Assembly (NCBI GenBank): GCA_963770565.1
Contig: CAVYQE010000011.1
Span: forward strand, 160,001 to 224,000
DNA from: an uncultured Actinomycetota bacterium
Lineage (GTDB): Bacteria > Actinomycetota > Actinomycetes > JAFAQI01
Direction: 5' to 3'
DNA: 64,000 nt
A program made the translations under genes and the position numbers. Each line of letters begins with the position of its first letter. The first letter of the stretch is position 1. This document shows, piece after piece, positions 29,771-40,166 of the stretch. The notes beneath the pieces were generated by a model, which worked only from the letters and a program-made list of their open reading frames with translations, made no database searches and was not told the origin of the DNA.

Positions 29771-31084
29771 TCACAGAGCCTGGTCGGTCAGCGCGGCCTC
29801 GAGCGAGGCAAGCGCACGGAGGAAGTACGGGTCGTCGATCCGCGTTCCGATCACCTGGACACCCACCGGGAGCCCATCGTCACGCCGAAAAGAGGGAAGG
29901 TTGGTCGCGGGTGCACCCAGCAGGGTCCAGGGTCGGCACATCACCGGGTCGCCGGTGAAGTCCAGACCGACCGGGGCGACACCGAGTGCACTCGGCGCCA
30001 GCAACACATCGGTTGTCGACGCGAGCGACGCCAGCACCTCGGCCGCGGCGGCGGTGGTGGCGAGCGCGTCGGAGTAGACCTCGGCCGGGCAGCCGTCGCC
30101 GCGCTTGACCACCGCACGCGCACTGTCCGATATCCGGTCGACGTCCGCGCCGAGCTGGGCCCGAAGGTTGAGCGCGACTTCGACCGCCATCATCGTGTTG
30201 TGAACGTCCGGGAGGTTCTCCCACCCGGCCGGCATAGCCAGTTCGCTGACCGCCCAACCCGCTCGGTCGAGCCGGTCGGCAACGTGTCGAATCGCGACCG
30301 CGACCTCGGGCTCACAACCCCCCCAAGCATCGGTCGCAAGGATGCCGACCCGAAGCGACGCCCGGTCCGAATGATCGATTGCCTGCTGGTCGGGCAGCTT
30401 CGAGCCGCGGATGCCGTAGTAGGTCAGTGCCAGGTCGGCTGCGGTCCGCGCAAAGATGCCCACCGTGTCGAATGACTCGGCGAGCAGCCAGATCCCGGCC
30501 GTCGATGTCCAGCCCCTGGTCGGCTTGAACCCATAGACGCCGCAGTAGGCGGCCGGCCGGACTACCGAGCCCGCGGTCTGTGTGCCGAACGCAACCGGCA
30601 CCATCCCGGCCGCGACCGCGGCGGCCGAGCCGCTCGACGAGCCGCCCGGTGTCCGGGTCAGGTCGAGCGGGTTGCGGGTGCGGGTCGGGTTGAACATCGC
30701 GAACTCGGTCGACTCGGTCTTGCCGAGTACGAGCGCCCCCGCCCGCCGGCAAGCGGACACCAGGTCGGAGTCGCTGGCCGGCTGGTGGTCGACGAACAGT
30801 GGCGAGCCGTATCCGGTCGGCAGGTCAGCGGTGTCGATGACGTCCTTCATCCCGACGAGCAGGCCGCCGAGCGGCTTCGCCTCACCCGCGTCGAGGTCGT
30901 CGGCCTGGCGGCGCACCGCGGCGGGGTCGATGATGCGGAAGGCGCCGATGTCGCCGTCCAGCTCCGCAACCGTCGCCAGCGCCTCGTCGGCCACCGCGCG
31001 GATGGTCAGCTCGCCCGCCGCGACCGCAGCAACGGCGGCGGTCCCCGTCATGGTCGGTGCGGGCGACACCGCGGGCTGAGTCAC
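29771..31084 (-). CDS. Amidase-signature amidase (candidate maleamate amidohydrolase)
   Basis: KDVID, TPGGSSSGSAAAV and GTQTAGSVVRPAAYCG motifs. Confidence 0.88.
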   Translation of the reverse strand: MTQPAVSPAPTMTGTAAVAAVAAGELTIRAVADEALATVAELDGDIGAFRIIDPAAVRRQADDLDAGEAKPLGGLLVGMKDVIDTADLPTGYGSPLFVDHQPASDSDLVSACRRAGALVLGKTESTEFAMFNPTRTRNPLDLTRTPGGSSSGSAAAVAAGMVPVAFGTQTAGSVVRPAAYCGVYGFKPTRGWTSTAGIWLLAESFDTVGIFARTAADLALTYYGIRGSKLPDQQAIDHSDRASLRVGILATDAWGGCEPEVAVAIRHVADRLDRAGWAVSELAMPAGWENLPDVHNTMMAVEVALNLRAQLGADVDRISDSARAVVKRGDGCPAEVYSDALATTAAAAEVLASLASTTDVLLAPSALGVAPVGLDFTGDPVMCRPWTLLGAPATNLPSFRRDDGLPVGVQVIGTRIDDPYFLRALASLEAALTDQAL

Positions 31085-32115
31085 TGCCCTGGCCCCGATC
31101 CGTGATGACGCGACAGCCGTCCCAGGACGAGATCGATCGGGCTCTTGTCCGCGGCGCCGGCCGACCCGGCGCCAGCCGGCGCGGCGTCTACGGTGATGGG
31201 CCGGACCTGCAGCGCGAACAACGCAACCTCGTCCGGCTCGGTCCCGGTGCTGCCGATCGCCCACTCGATGTCGAGCCCGCGACCCAGCGCCGCCTCGAGA
31301 TCGGACGCCATCGAGAGCAGCGCGGCAATCTCGGCGTCGCTGATCGACCAGGCCTGCTGACGCTCGGGCTCCACCGGCCGGGTGTAGACCGACGCGCCAT
31401 CCTCGGCCAGCAGGTGTTCGACGACCTTGGTGCCGAGCCGCCGGTCGTGAACCTGACCGGTGATCTTGTTGAGCTCGAACAGGTCGGGGACCACCTCGCC
31501 GCCCACCACCGCCTCGCCGAGGCCATGGCTCGACTCGATGACGACGAGCGAGCGGTCGCCAGTGCGGGGGTGCTGCGTGAACATCACTCCGGACGCCCTG
31601 GCATGCACCAGCTCTTGAACGATGACGGCAACTGCGTGCTCATCGGCATCAGTGAGCCGGTCGCGGCGGTAGGAGTCCACGTGCGCGCTGGTCGCCGTGA
31701 TCCAGCACAGCTCGATCTGCTCGATCACGCTCTCGGTGCCGCGGGCGCCGAGATACGTGCGGAACTGACCGGCAAAGCTCGCGTCCCGGGAGTCCTCCGC
31801 GGTCGCGCTCGACCGCACCGCTACGGTGACCGTCGCCTGGCGTTCCGCGCAGAGCGCGTCGTACCCGTCCGCAAGTGCCTGGCGAACCTCATCGCGCAGG
31901 GTGCCGACGCGCCCGGCATCCGCGCCCGCGACGAAGTCGGCAAAGGCGTCGCACGTGACGACGAAGGACGCCGGCACCCGCTGACCGGCCCGCAGCAGCG
32001 AACCGAGCCCGACCGCCTTACCGCCGACCAGGGCCACGTGCTCGGGCGCGCACTCGACGGTGGCTCGCACGAAGGGGTTCACGGCGCCCATATCCTCCTC
32101 GTCGCTCGGGCTCAA
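31081..32115 (-). CDS. PEP/pyruvate-binding (ATP-grasp PPDK_N) subunit of split PEP-synthase-like kinase
   Basis: VGGKA..LG, AVRSSATAED..SFAGQ, SGVMFT, GLGEAVVGG, DIEWA and LQVRPIT motifs. Confidence 0.9.
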   Translation of the reverse strand: MSPSDEEDMGAVNPFVRATVECAPEHVALVGGKAVGLGSLLRAGQRVPASFVVTCDAFADFVAGADAGRVGTLRDEVRQALADGYDALCAERQATVTVAVRSSATAEDSRDASFAGQFRTYLGARGTESVIEQIELCWITATSAHVDSYRRDRLTDADEHAVAVIVQELVHARASGVMFTQHPRTGDRSLVVIESSHGLGEAVVGGEVVPDLFELNKITGQVHDRRLGTKVVEHLLAEDGASVYTRPVEPERQQAWSISDAEIAALLSMASDLEAALGRGLDIEWAIGSTGTEPDEVALFALQVRPITVDAAPAGAGSAGAADKSPIDLVLGRLSRHHGSGPGQ

Positions 32116-33965
32116 CTCGCGACACCGGCCTCGTCGGCGCGGTCGAGAATGCTGACTACGCCGGTGCCCCCGTCGACCCGCAACCGGTCGCCGGTGTGGA
32201 TCATCGTCGTGGCCACGCCGGTCGCGACGACGGCCGGCAACTCGTACTCGCGCGAGACGATCGCCGCGTGCGACATGATGCCGCCGCCGTCGGAGACCGC
32301 AGCCGCGATCCGGGCGAAGACGATCGACCAGCTCGGTGCGGTGAGCGGGCAGACCAGGATCTCGCCGTCGACGAGGTCATCCAGCTCCTCGACGTGGTGA
32401 ACGACCCGCGCGACGCCCTCGGCCGTTCCGGGTGACGCGGCCAGGCCGCGGATCTCATCCCGTGAGCCGTCTCCGGCTTCTACTGCCAGCCACCGGTCGA
32501 TCGTCTCGCTGTTGATGCCGAACAACGTCACGGTGATCGGTTCGGTGACCACCTCGGGCGGGACGCCGAGCGCGGCCGGCGGCTGCCATGCCTCGAGCTC
32601 GGCGTAGATCCGCCGGCGGCGCGCCACCTCCTCGCGCCAGGTGAACTGACCGGATGTCGGTACGCCGAGTGACCACTGCGCCTCGACCTCGTACAGCAGG
32701 CTGTACACCTCGTAGCGGTGGAAGAAGAAGATGTCGTCGTCCCGCTCGAGCATCCCGCCCGCGACGAGCACGGCGCCGAGCTCGCGGACCTTGTTGAAGA
32801 AGATCGAGTGGTGCCAGTGCTCGACGTAGAAGTTGTGGTTCTCGACGTACGGAAACACCTGGCGCGACAGGGCGAGCAGGCTGTCGAACGTGGCGCAGGT
32901 GTCCTCGTCGAGCAGGTTCCGGTAGCCGGTCGCGATGCGCTCGCGCTCTGACCGCAGGTGCTCCAGCGGCCGGCTGAGGTCCTCGTTCCGCTCGATCCTC
33001 GTGACGTAGTCGCGCATCGCCGCGAACGGCGGGTGCATGTCGTCGATCCACGCCCGGTTGGCGTGGCAATAGCCGGCACCGGTCGAGTAGTAGAACCAGG
33101 GGTCCTTGACGCTGTCGAGGTCGGCCAACCACTCCTTGCCCTCGGGTGTCGACTCGAGCACCGCGATCGCGTCGTCGGGCCGCCCCGGGGTCTTGAGGGC
33201 ATCGCCGACGCCGAGGTGGACCGCACGCTGCGCCAGCCGGCGCAGCTCCGCGTCCGGCCGGTACAGGATGACGTCGATCCCGGCCACCATCCGCGCGACC
33301 AGGTCGTCGGTGATCGCGGGGAACGTTGCACGACAGAACTCGAGGAAGGTCAGGTAGGCGCCGTAAGCCAGGTTGAGCATCTCGAAGTGGTAGTAGGCCA
33401 TCTCGTGCATGTTCTCGAGCAGCCGGCTGTAGGCGCCGAGGAGATCGAACGCGGTTGTGGTGCCGCGGGCCGACAACACCGTCTCAGTCGGCTCGCGATC
33501 GGCCAGCGGCTCGAAATGCATCGCCTTCAGGCGCTCGATGCACCCGGTCGCCTTGTCCACCCAGCGCTCGTAGATGCCGTCCCAGTTCTCGAAGTAGTGC
33601 CGCGCTCGCTCGGCAAAGATCGGTTCGCGCTCCGCGATCATGGCCGGGTCGTCGATGACGTTCGGGCTCAGGTAGAGGTAGCCGTTGACGATCCGCTGCT
33701 CGATCCCCAGCGCGGTCGGCAGGTTCCAGATCCGGGTCGTGTACTGGTTGAGCGACACCAACCAGCTCTCGGGCATCATCAGGTCGAAGGGGTAGACCGG
33801 CTCCGGGTTGTGCATCTGGTCGAAGAACCAGAGCTTCCCCTCGTCCCGCTCTCGCAGCTGCTCGCCGAACAGCAAGTACGACGGGTACATCGAGCGCCAG
33901 CCGTCGGCGCCATCGGGTGTCGGGACGTCGTACGGATTGCGAAAGGTGCCACGCGCTCGACCCAC
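32112..33965 (-). CDS. PEP-utilizing phospho-His subunit, copy 1 (phenylphosphate synthase alpha-like)
   Basis: Large helical N-domain plus C-terminal swivel domain GGIMSHAAIVSREY; GGGAGGAG RBS before the GTG. Confidence 0.88.
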   Translation of the reverse strand: MGRARGTFRNPYDVPTPDGADGWRSMYPSYLLFGEQLRERDEGKLWFFDQMHNPEPVYPFDLMMPESWLVSLNQYTTRIWNLPTALGIEQRIVNGYLYLSPNVIDDPAMIAEREPIFAERARHYFENWDGIYERWVDKATGCIERLKAMHFEPLADREPTETVLSARGTTTAFDLLGAYSRLLENMHEMAYYHFEMLNLAYGAYLTFLEFCRATFPAITDDLVARMVAGIDVILYRPDAELRRLAQRAVHLGVGDALKTPGRPDDAIAVLESTPEGKEWLADLDSVKDPWFYYSTGAGYCHANRAWIDDMHPPFAAMRDYVTRIERNEDLSRPLEHLRSERERIATGYRNLLDEDTCATFDSLLALSRQVFPYVENHNFYVEHWHHSIFFNKVRELGAVLVAGGMLERDDDIFFFHRYEVYSLLYEVEAQWSLGVPTSGQFTWREEVARRRRIYAELEAWQPPAALGVPPEVVTEPITVTLFGINSETIDRWLAVEAGDGSRDEIRGLAASPGTAEGVARVVHHVEELDDLVDGEILVCPLTAPSWSIVFARIAAAVSDGGGIMSHAAIVSREYELPAVVATGVATTMIHTGDRLRVDGGTGVVSILDRADEAGVAS

Positions 33966-34045
33966 GGATCTCCTCCCGTGCGGAACTCTGGATGCAGGAG
34001 CAGGGCACATCATGGGTGGCCGGGGCGCGCCAATGGAAGGATTCG

Positions 34046-34082
34046 GTTCCTCATAGCAGAACAATGTTCCGCCATGAGGAAC
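34046..34082. promoter_or_regulatory. Double IclR-type operator
   Basis: GTTCCTCATAGCAGAAC-aat-GTTCCGCCATGAGGAAC: two inverted 17-bp imperfect palindromes between iclR and the catabolic operon. Confidence 0.7.
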
Positions 34083-34092
34083 AGCGCCGCTA

Positions 34093-34899
34093 CTAGCGGA
34101 ACCCGGAGCCGCTCCACCACACCGGCTCCACGCTGCTGAGCTGCGCGGCCGCCGCCAGCACCCGCTGAGCGGTGCGGTTCATGTGGTCGCCGGCCACGCG
34201 CGCGGCCGGGCCGGCGACCGAGATCGCCGCCCGGGCGACTCCGGCGCGGTCCAGCACCGGCGCGGCGATCGAGGCCAGCCCGGGCTCGTCCTCCTCGATG
34301 CTGAACGCATATCCCCGGGCGCGGGTCTCAGCCAAGCAGCGCAGGAACTGTTCCTTGGTCCGGATCGTGCGAGGCGTCCGCCGCTCGAAGCCGTTCGCAC
34401 ATGCGACGTCGGCCACTGCCTGGTTGAAGGCCGCGACCGCCTTCCCGGAGCTGGTGAGGTGAATCGGACGCAGCCGCCCGACCCGGGAGGAGAACCGCAG
34501 GCCCTGGTAGCTCTCGAGCCGCTCCACGTAGAACATCTGGTTGCCCTCGGGGACGGCAAGGTGGACAGTTTCGCCGGTCTGGCTGCGGAGGGACTCCAAC
34601 AGCGGCAGCGCATGGTCCCGGAGCGGGTTGCGGCTGGCCACCATCTCGCCGAGCTCGTGCAGCCGGATGCCGAGCCGGTATGCGCGGGTCTCCGGCACCT
34701 GCTGCAGGAAGCCCTTCTGGCACAGGGTGGTCACCAGGCGATGCGCGGTGCTCTTCGAGATCCCCAACCGTCGCCCGAGCTCGGTGACACCGAGCTCGGG
34801 TTCGTCGGCGAGGCAGTCGAGAACGTCGAGTGCGGTCGCCACCGAGCGCAGGCTGCCGGCCTCAACCCCGAGACCGGCTGGTCGTGACTCGACACTCAC
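34093..34899 (-). CDS. IclR family regulator
   Basis: HTH GVTELGRRLGISKSTAHRL; GETVHL, TSSGK and RGYA...E..G..SIAAPV motifs. Confidence 0.95.
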   Translation of the reverse strand: MSVESRPAGLGVEAGSLRSVATALDVLDCLADEPELGVTELGRRLGISKSTAHRLVTTLCQKGFLQQVPETRAYRLGIRLHELGEMVASRNPLRDHALPLLESLRSQTGETVHLAVPEGNQMFYVERLESYQGLRFSSRVGRLRPIHLTSSGKAVAAFNQAVADVACANGFERRTPRTIRTKEQFLRCLAETRARGYAFSIEEDEPGLASIAAPVLDRAGVARAAISVAGPAARVAGDHMNRTAQRVLAAAAQLSSVEPVWWSGSGFR

Positions 34900-34926
34900 G
34901 CGATTGCCCCTCCGAACGAGCCGACG

Positions 34927-35604
34927 TTACTCCGGGCGGAGCCACGGTTCGAGGCGTTTCACCGCAAGCTTCCCGGCCCAGGCGACATGGTGCCGCATCA
35001 GCCGGGCGGCGTTGGCCCGCCGACCGGTCCGCAACGCCGCCGCCACCGCCCGGTGCTGGCTCTCCGCCGCCGCCATGTCGTCCGCGGTGTAGGCCATGAC
35101 CGAGCGGTAAGCCTCCGGGATCGCGCACACCTGCCGGATCAGCGCGTACAGGCGCTTGCTGCCGGACGCCTTAGCGATCGTGTAGTGAAAGCTGGTGTCG
35201 GCCTCGAGCTGCCGGCTGGCCGGCGCGCTGTGCAGCAGGCCGAGCTGATCGCAGCTGCGGTCGAGCACGTCCAGCTCGGCAGCGGTGATGTTGGTGGCCG
35301 CGAGCGAGGCCGCCTCGGCTTCGAGCACCGCGCGCAGGTGGTAGACCTCCGCGACGTCGTCCGCGGCCAGCGCGAGGACGGTCGCGCCACGGTTGCGTTC
35401 GAGTGCGACCAGCCCGCTGCTGCCGAGCAGCAGCAGCGCTTCCCGGATCGGGGTCCGGCTGACCTGATAGCGCGCGGCCAGCGACTCCTCGCGCAGCCGG
35501 GAGCCGGGAGCGATGTGACCGTCGAGGATCTGCTGCGTGAGGTCGTGGGCGAGCAGCTCGGCGGTGCTTCCACCCCGGTCGAATGCCACCACCGGATTGG
35601 TCAC
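34927..35604 (-). CDS. GntR (FadR/FCD) family regulator
   Basis: PG.RLRE..LA..VSRTPIREAL; FCD domain FH...H...H. Confidence 0.93.
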   Translation of the reverse strand: MTNPVVAFDRGGSTAELLAHDLTQQILDGHIAPGSRLREESLAARYQVSRTPIREALLLLGSSGLVALERNRGATVLALAADDVAEVYHLRAVLEAEAASLAATNITAAELDVLDRSCDQLGLLHSAPASRQLEADTSFHYTIAKASGSKRLYALIRQVCAIPEAYRSVMAYTADDMAAAESQHRAVAAALRTGRRANAARLMRHHVAWAGKLAVKRLEPWLRPE

Positions 35605-35630
35605 TTCGGTCCTCCCTGCGGAACAACCCT

Positions 35631-35668
35631 TTGACGCCGCGGCGCCAGATTGCATACTTGCATACAAT
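35631..35668 (+). promoter_or_regulatory. Promoter with overlapping GntR box
   Basis: TTGACG at 35631 and TTGCATAC-TTGCATAC-AA at 35650-35667 in the divergent gntR/hydroxylase spacer. Confidence 0.65.
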
Positions 35669-35724
35669 AACGTCCAGTCGCCCCAAAGCCCGCAGAAGAG
35701 GATCGCCATGAGGGTTGGAGTCGT

Positions 35725-36624
35725 GTGAAGGCCGCACCGTTCGGCTATCACCGTGCGACCTCGGTCGCCGAGGCGGTCGAGCTGTTGGCGGCGTACGACG
35801 GAACGGCCCGGGTCCTCGCCGGCGGCCAGAGCCTGGTCCCGATGATGAACATGCGGCTGATCCGCCCCGACGCGGTCATCGACATCAACGGCGTGACCGA
35901 GCTCAGCCGGGTGTCGGTCGACGGATTGACCACGGTCGTCGGTGCCACGGTGCGTTACAGCACGCTCGAGCAGTCACCCGTCATCGCCGAGCGGCTGCCG
36001 CTCATCCCGTACATGGTGCGGCACATCGGTGATCGGCACATTCGCAACCGCGGAACGCTCGGCGGCAGCCTGGCCCAGGCGGATCCGACCGGTGAGATGC
36101 CGCTCGCCTGCCTGGCGCTGGCTGCCACCGTCGACGTGGTCGGTCCGGCGGGCGCGCGCACGATCGCCGTCGACGAGCTCTTCGACACCTCCTACGCCAC
36201 CTGCCTCGATCCGTGCGAGGTCATCACCGCGGTCGTGTTCCCGACGATGCCGACACACTTCGCGTTCGCGGAGATGACCCGACGGCACAACGACTTCGCG
36301 GTGATCAGCGTCGCCTGCGTTGCCTCTGGGAGCCCGGCCACCGGCTTCCGCGACCTTCGCCTCGGGCTGGGTGGCGTCAATGACACTCCGGTGCTCGCAG
36401 CCGAGGTCGGCGAGATCCTCGAGGGCTCGACGTTGTCCGATGATGACATCGCGCGGGCCGGGCAAGCGGCGCTCAGCGCGGTCGACCCCCCATCGGACAT
36501 TCGCGCGAGCGCGGAATACCGTCGCCACCTCGTGCCGATCTACGTCCGCCGGGTGCTCAACCAACTCCGTGACCGCGCCGGCGGGTCCGGCGCGAACCCA
36601 TCAGCCCGAAGGGAATCGTCATGA
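35725..36624 (+). CDS. Mo-hydroxylase FAD subunit (CoxM-like)
   Basis: LAGGQSLVPMMNMR, IRNRGTLGGS...ADP and D..ASAEYRRHL motifs. Confidence 0.92.
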   Translation: MKAAPFGYHRATSVAEAVELLAAYDGTARVLAGGQSLVPMMNMRLIRPDAVIDINGVTELSRVSVDGLTTVVGATVRYSTLEQSPVIAERLPLIPYMVRHIGDRHIRNRGTLGGSLAQADPTGEMPLACLALAATVDVVGPAGARTIAVDELFDTSYATCLDPCEVITAVVFPTMPTHFAFAEMTRRHNDFAVISVACVASGSPATGFRDLRLGLGGVNDTPVLAAEVGEILEGSTLSDDDIARAGQAALSAVDPPSDIRASAEYRRHLVPIYVRRVLNQLRDRAGGSGANPSARRESS

Positions 36625-37247
36625 GGCTCCACGAGGAGTTCCAAATCGGCGAGCCGCTGGCGGCGGTCTGGACGTTCTTCGAGCAACCGCATCGCGTTGC
36701 CGGATGTATGCCCGGGGTCGAAGAGGTTTCTGTCATCGACGACGACCACGTCGACGTGCGGGCGACGCAGAGCATCGGCCCGATGTCGGCGACGTTCGAG
36801 GCGCGGGTCGAGGTGCTCGAACGAGTGACGAACGAGCTCATCCGCTTCCAGGCCACGGGCAAGTCGGTCAAGGGAGCGACCGGCCACATTCGCACCACCA
36901 ACGAGGTCCGGCTCAGCGAGTCGGACGGCACGACGACGGTGGCGATCGACGGCGACGTCATCCTCGCCGGCGCGCTCGGCAGCGTCGGTCAGAAGATCGT
37001 GGCCAAACAGGCCGGCAAGGTGACCGCACAGTTCGCCGACAACCTTCAGTCGGCTCTACGGGGCGAGCCGCCCAGGCTGCACGAGAGCGCACGATCGCGT
37101 CGCGGCGTCGAGGCCGCATCCGGTGCCGGCCTTCCGGCGTCCCCCGCACCGTCGGTCGACTGGAGCAAGATCTCGGCAATCATGAGCGCGATTTCGGCCG
37201 TTCTGAGCGTCATCGCGATCATCCGATCCCGCCGGAGGCCGCAGTGA
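36621..37247 (+). CDS. SRPBCC/CoxG subunit with C-terminal membrane anchor
   Basis: VA.CMPG motif, CoxG pattern, terminal TM plus RRR. Confidence 0.85.
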   Translation: MRLHEEFQIGEPLAAVWTFFEQPHRVAGCMPGVEEVSVIDDDHVDVRATQSIGPMSATFEARVEVLERVTNELIRFQATGKSVKGATGHIRTTNEVRLSESDGTTTVAIDGDVILAGALGSVGQKIVAKQAGKVTAQFADNLQSALRGEPPRLHESARSRRGVEAASGAGLPASPAPSVDWSKISAIMSAISAVLSVIAIIRSRRRPQ

Positions 37248-37783
37248 GCGACCAGGTGCGCTCGGCGCTCGGCACCGAATCGGCCGGGATCGGCGAGCCG
37301 AACGTGCTGATCACCGTCACCGTCAACGGCGCGTCGGTCACCGAGCAGGTGCCGACCCGGATGAGCGTTGCGGACTTCATTCGGCATCGGCTCGGACTGA
37401 CCGGGACCCACGTCGGGTGCGAGCAGGGTGTGTGCGGCATGTGCACTGTGCTCCTCGACGGTGAGGCGGTGAAGTCCTGCCTGATGTACGCCGCTCAGCT
37501 CGACGGTCATCAGGTCGAGACGGTCGAGTCGCTCAGCGGTGACGACGAGTTGAGTCCCTTGCAGGAGACGTTCAGGGAGGAGCACGCACTTCAGTGCGGC
37601 TTCTGCACCCCGGCCTTCCTGATGACGACCACCGCACTGGCCCGGGGTGGCGCGCCGCTGAGCCGGGACGAGATTCGGCAGGAGCTGGCCGGCGTGATGT
37701 GCCGGTGCACCGGATACGAGTTCATCGTGAACGCCGTTGACCGGCACTTGAACGGCAGCGCGCCGGGACGTGCGGATGACTGA
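37244..37783 (+). CDS. Mo-hydroxylase 2Fe-2S subunit (CoxS-like)
   Basis: GCEQGVCGMC, QCGFCTP and MCRCTGY motifs; GTGA overlap. Confidence 0.92.
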   Translation: MSDQVRSALGTESAGIGEPNVLITVTVNGASVTEQVPTRMSVADFIRHRLGLTGTHVGCEQGVCGMCTVLLDGEAVKSCLMYAAQLDGHQVETVESLSGDDELSPLQETFREEHALQCGFCTPAFLMTTTALARGGAPLSRDEIRQELAGVMCRCTGYEFIVNAVDRHLNGSAPGRADD

Positions 37784-40166
37784 ACTCGACGAACGGGCGC
37801 CCGCGCGTGCGGCGATGCGCGTCATCGGCACCGACGTGCCCCGCAAGGAGGACGACCGGCTGCTGCGCGGTGCCGGCCAGTTCGTCGACGACGTGAATCG
37901 GGCGCACATCGTCGAGATGGCGGTGGGGCGCTGCCCCTATCCGCATGCCCGGATCCGGAGCATCGACATCTCGGCCGCCCTCGCGCTCGACGGGGTTTAC
38001 GACGTGCTGACCGGAGCGGATGTCGCGCGGCGTACCGAGCCGATCGGGATCCTGCGGCCGGTGCCCGGCGCACCGGTGATCCCGCACTACGCACTCGCCG
38101 TGGACGTCGCGACGTACGAAGGCCAGCCGGTGGTCAGCGTCGCGGCTCGAAGCCGGCACATCGCCGAGGACGCGGTCGAGCTGATCGAGATCGACTATGA
38201 GCCGCTGCCGCACGTGTCGGACGTGGCCGCGGCGCTGGCGCCGGATGCGCCAGTCATCCAGCCGGACGTGCTCGACAGCAACCTGCTGGTCAGCAACCCG
38301 CAGGGTGCCGGGGACGTAGAAGCGCGACTGCGCGAGGCCGACGTGGTCGTCGAAGGGCGATTCGTCATCAACCGCGTCACCGGGCTGCCGATGGAGACTC
38401 GCGGTGTCCTCGCCGAGTGGCAGCCCGGCGCGCGGACGCTCACTACGAGGGTGTCGACCCAGTCACCGCAGCTGGTGCGCAAGCAACTCGCCGAGTGCCT
38501 GCGACTCGACGAAGGCTGCGTACGGGTGGTCGCTTCGGATGTGGGCGGCGGTTTCGGCTTGAAGCTGGGCGCTTACCCCGAGGACGTGCTGGCCGCCCTA
38601 CACGCGATCACGCTGCACCGGCCCCTGAAGTACGTGGAGGACCGGTTCGAGCACTTCAGGGCAACCACCCACGCGCGCGAATCCGTGCACGACTACCGGA
38701 TCGGGGCTCGCGCCGACGGCCGCATCGTCGGGATGACCGACTCCTACGTCAACGATCTCGGCGGGTTGAACTCGCCGTTTGGCTCGTCACAGCTCTCGAC
38801 CGTGGTGTTCAACGGGCCGTACAAAGTCGAAGACGGCTTCGTCGAGCGGCGGATCGCCGTGACCAACAAGACGCCGATCGGCGCCTATCGCGGATACGGC
38901 CAGCCGGAGGTGAACTTCGCCTACGAACGGCTGATGGACACCCTCGCTCGTCGCCTCGGCGTCGACCCGGTCGAGCTGCGGGCGATGAACATGGTCCAGC
39001 CCGAGGACTTCCCGTGGGTCAACCCGGTCGGCGCGATCTACGACAGCGGCGACTACGAACGATGCCTGCGGATGGCGGCCGACGCGATCGACTACGAGCG
39101 ACGCCGCCGCGAGGGACGCGGCCCGTTCGAGGATGGCCGCTACCGCGGGGTTGGCTTCTCCTCCTACGTCGAGCGCACCGGATACGCCAGCGGGAAGTTC
39201 CTCGCGGCCCGCGGATCGCAGTTCGGCGCGCACGAAAGTGTCACGCTACGGGCCAACCGCTCGGGCGGCATCGATGTCTACACCGGGGTCTCGAGCATCG
39301 GCCAAGGCAGCGAGACCGTCTTCGCCCAGATGCTCAGTGAGATCGTCGGGATCGGGTACGACGCGATCACGATGCACGCCGGCGACACCGGGAACTCTCC
39401 GCTCAACACCGGTGCGTTCGCCTCGCGCACCGTGATTGCTGCGGCCGGCGCATTGCTCGAGGCGGGGGATCGGTTCCTCGCGAAGGCGCTGCGGATCGCG
39501 GCCGGCAAGCTCGAGGTCGATCCGGCGCAGCTCGAGCTGGTCGGCGCCGTCGTACGGAAGCGCGACGACCACAACATGTCGGTCCCACTGACCGAGGTGT
39601 TCACCAGCGCGATCCTCGGCCAGGGCCTGCCGCCCGGCGAGGCTCCCGGGCTTGACGAGACGGCATACTTCGAACCTCCCGAGGCGGCGTACTCGTTCGG
39701 CACCGCGGTAGCCGCAGTGACCGTCGACGCGGAGTCGGGCGAGTTCACCGTCGATCGCGTGGTCATGGTGCACGACTGCGGCACCCCGCTGAACCCGAAG
39801 CTGGTCGAAGGGCAGGTCCGGGGTGGCATGACCCAGGGCCTGGGGCAAGCTCTCGGCGAGGAGCTCCGGTACGACGCCGAGAGCGGCCAGCTCGTGAACG
39901 GCACGATGATGGACTACTTCGCGCCATCGATCTGTGACGTGCCGCCGATCGACCTGCTGCACACGACCGTCGCCTCACCGGTGACGACGTTCGGTGTGCG
40001 GGGAGCCGGCGAGGTCGGGTGCATCCCGGTAGCCGCGGCGGTCGCCAACGCAATCTGTGACGCACTCGCCGACTTCGGCGTCGAGCTCGACCGGCTGCCC
40101 CTCACCCCCGAGCTGGTGTGGCGGGCCCTGGACCACGCCCGATCTACTGGCGAACCTTGTCGTTGA
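37776..40166 (+). CDS. Mo-hydroxylase large subunit, copy 1 (3-hydroxypyridine dehydrogenase-like)
   Basis: RKEDDRLL.G, GGGFGLK, GAYRGYGQPE and RGAGEVG motifs; substrate inferred from context. Confidence 0.9.
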   Translation: MTELDERAPARAAMRVIGTDVPRKEDDRLLRGAGQFVDDVNRAHIVEMAVGRCPYPHARIRSIDISAALALDGVYDVLTGADVARRTEPIGILRPVPGAPVIPHYALAVDVATYEGQPVVSVAARSRHIAEDAVELIEIDYEPLPHVSDVAAALAPDAPVIQPDVLDSNLLVSNPQGAGDVEARLREADVVVEGRFVINRVTGLPMETRGVLAEWQPGARTLTTRVSTQSPQLVRKQLAECLRLDEGCVRVVASDVGGGFGLKLGAYPEDVLAALHAITLHRPLKYVEDRFEHFRATTHARESVHDYRIGARADGRIVGMTDSYVNDLGGLNSPFGSSQLSTVVFNGPYKVEDGFVERRIAVTNKTPIGAYRGYGQPEVNFAYERLMDTLARRLGVDPVELRAMNMVQPEDFPWVNPVGAIYDSGDYERCLRMAADAIDYERRRREGRGPFEDGRYRGVGFSSYVERTGYASGKFLAARGSQFGAHESVTLRANRSGGIDVYTGVSSIGQGSETVFAQMLSEIVGIGYDAITMHAGDTGNSPLNTGAFASRTVIAAAGALLEAGDRFLAKALRIAAGKLEVDPAQLELVGAVVRKRDDHNMSVPLTEVFTSAILGQGLPPGEAPGLDETAYFEPPEAAYSFGTAVAAVTVDAESGEFTVDRVVMVHDCGTPLNPKLVEGQVRGGMTQGLGQALGEELRYDAESGQLVNGTMMDYFAPSICDVPPIDLLHTTVASPVTTFGVRGAGEVGCIPVAAAVANAICDALADFGVELDRLPLTPELVWRALDHARSTGEPCR

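Noticed and set aside
31081-33965. Gluconeogenic PEP synthase or rifampicin phosphotransferase
   Set aside because: Split architecture, no pyruvate-binding TIM barrel, and embedded in a catabolic operon.
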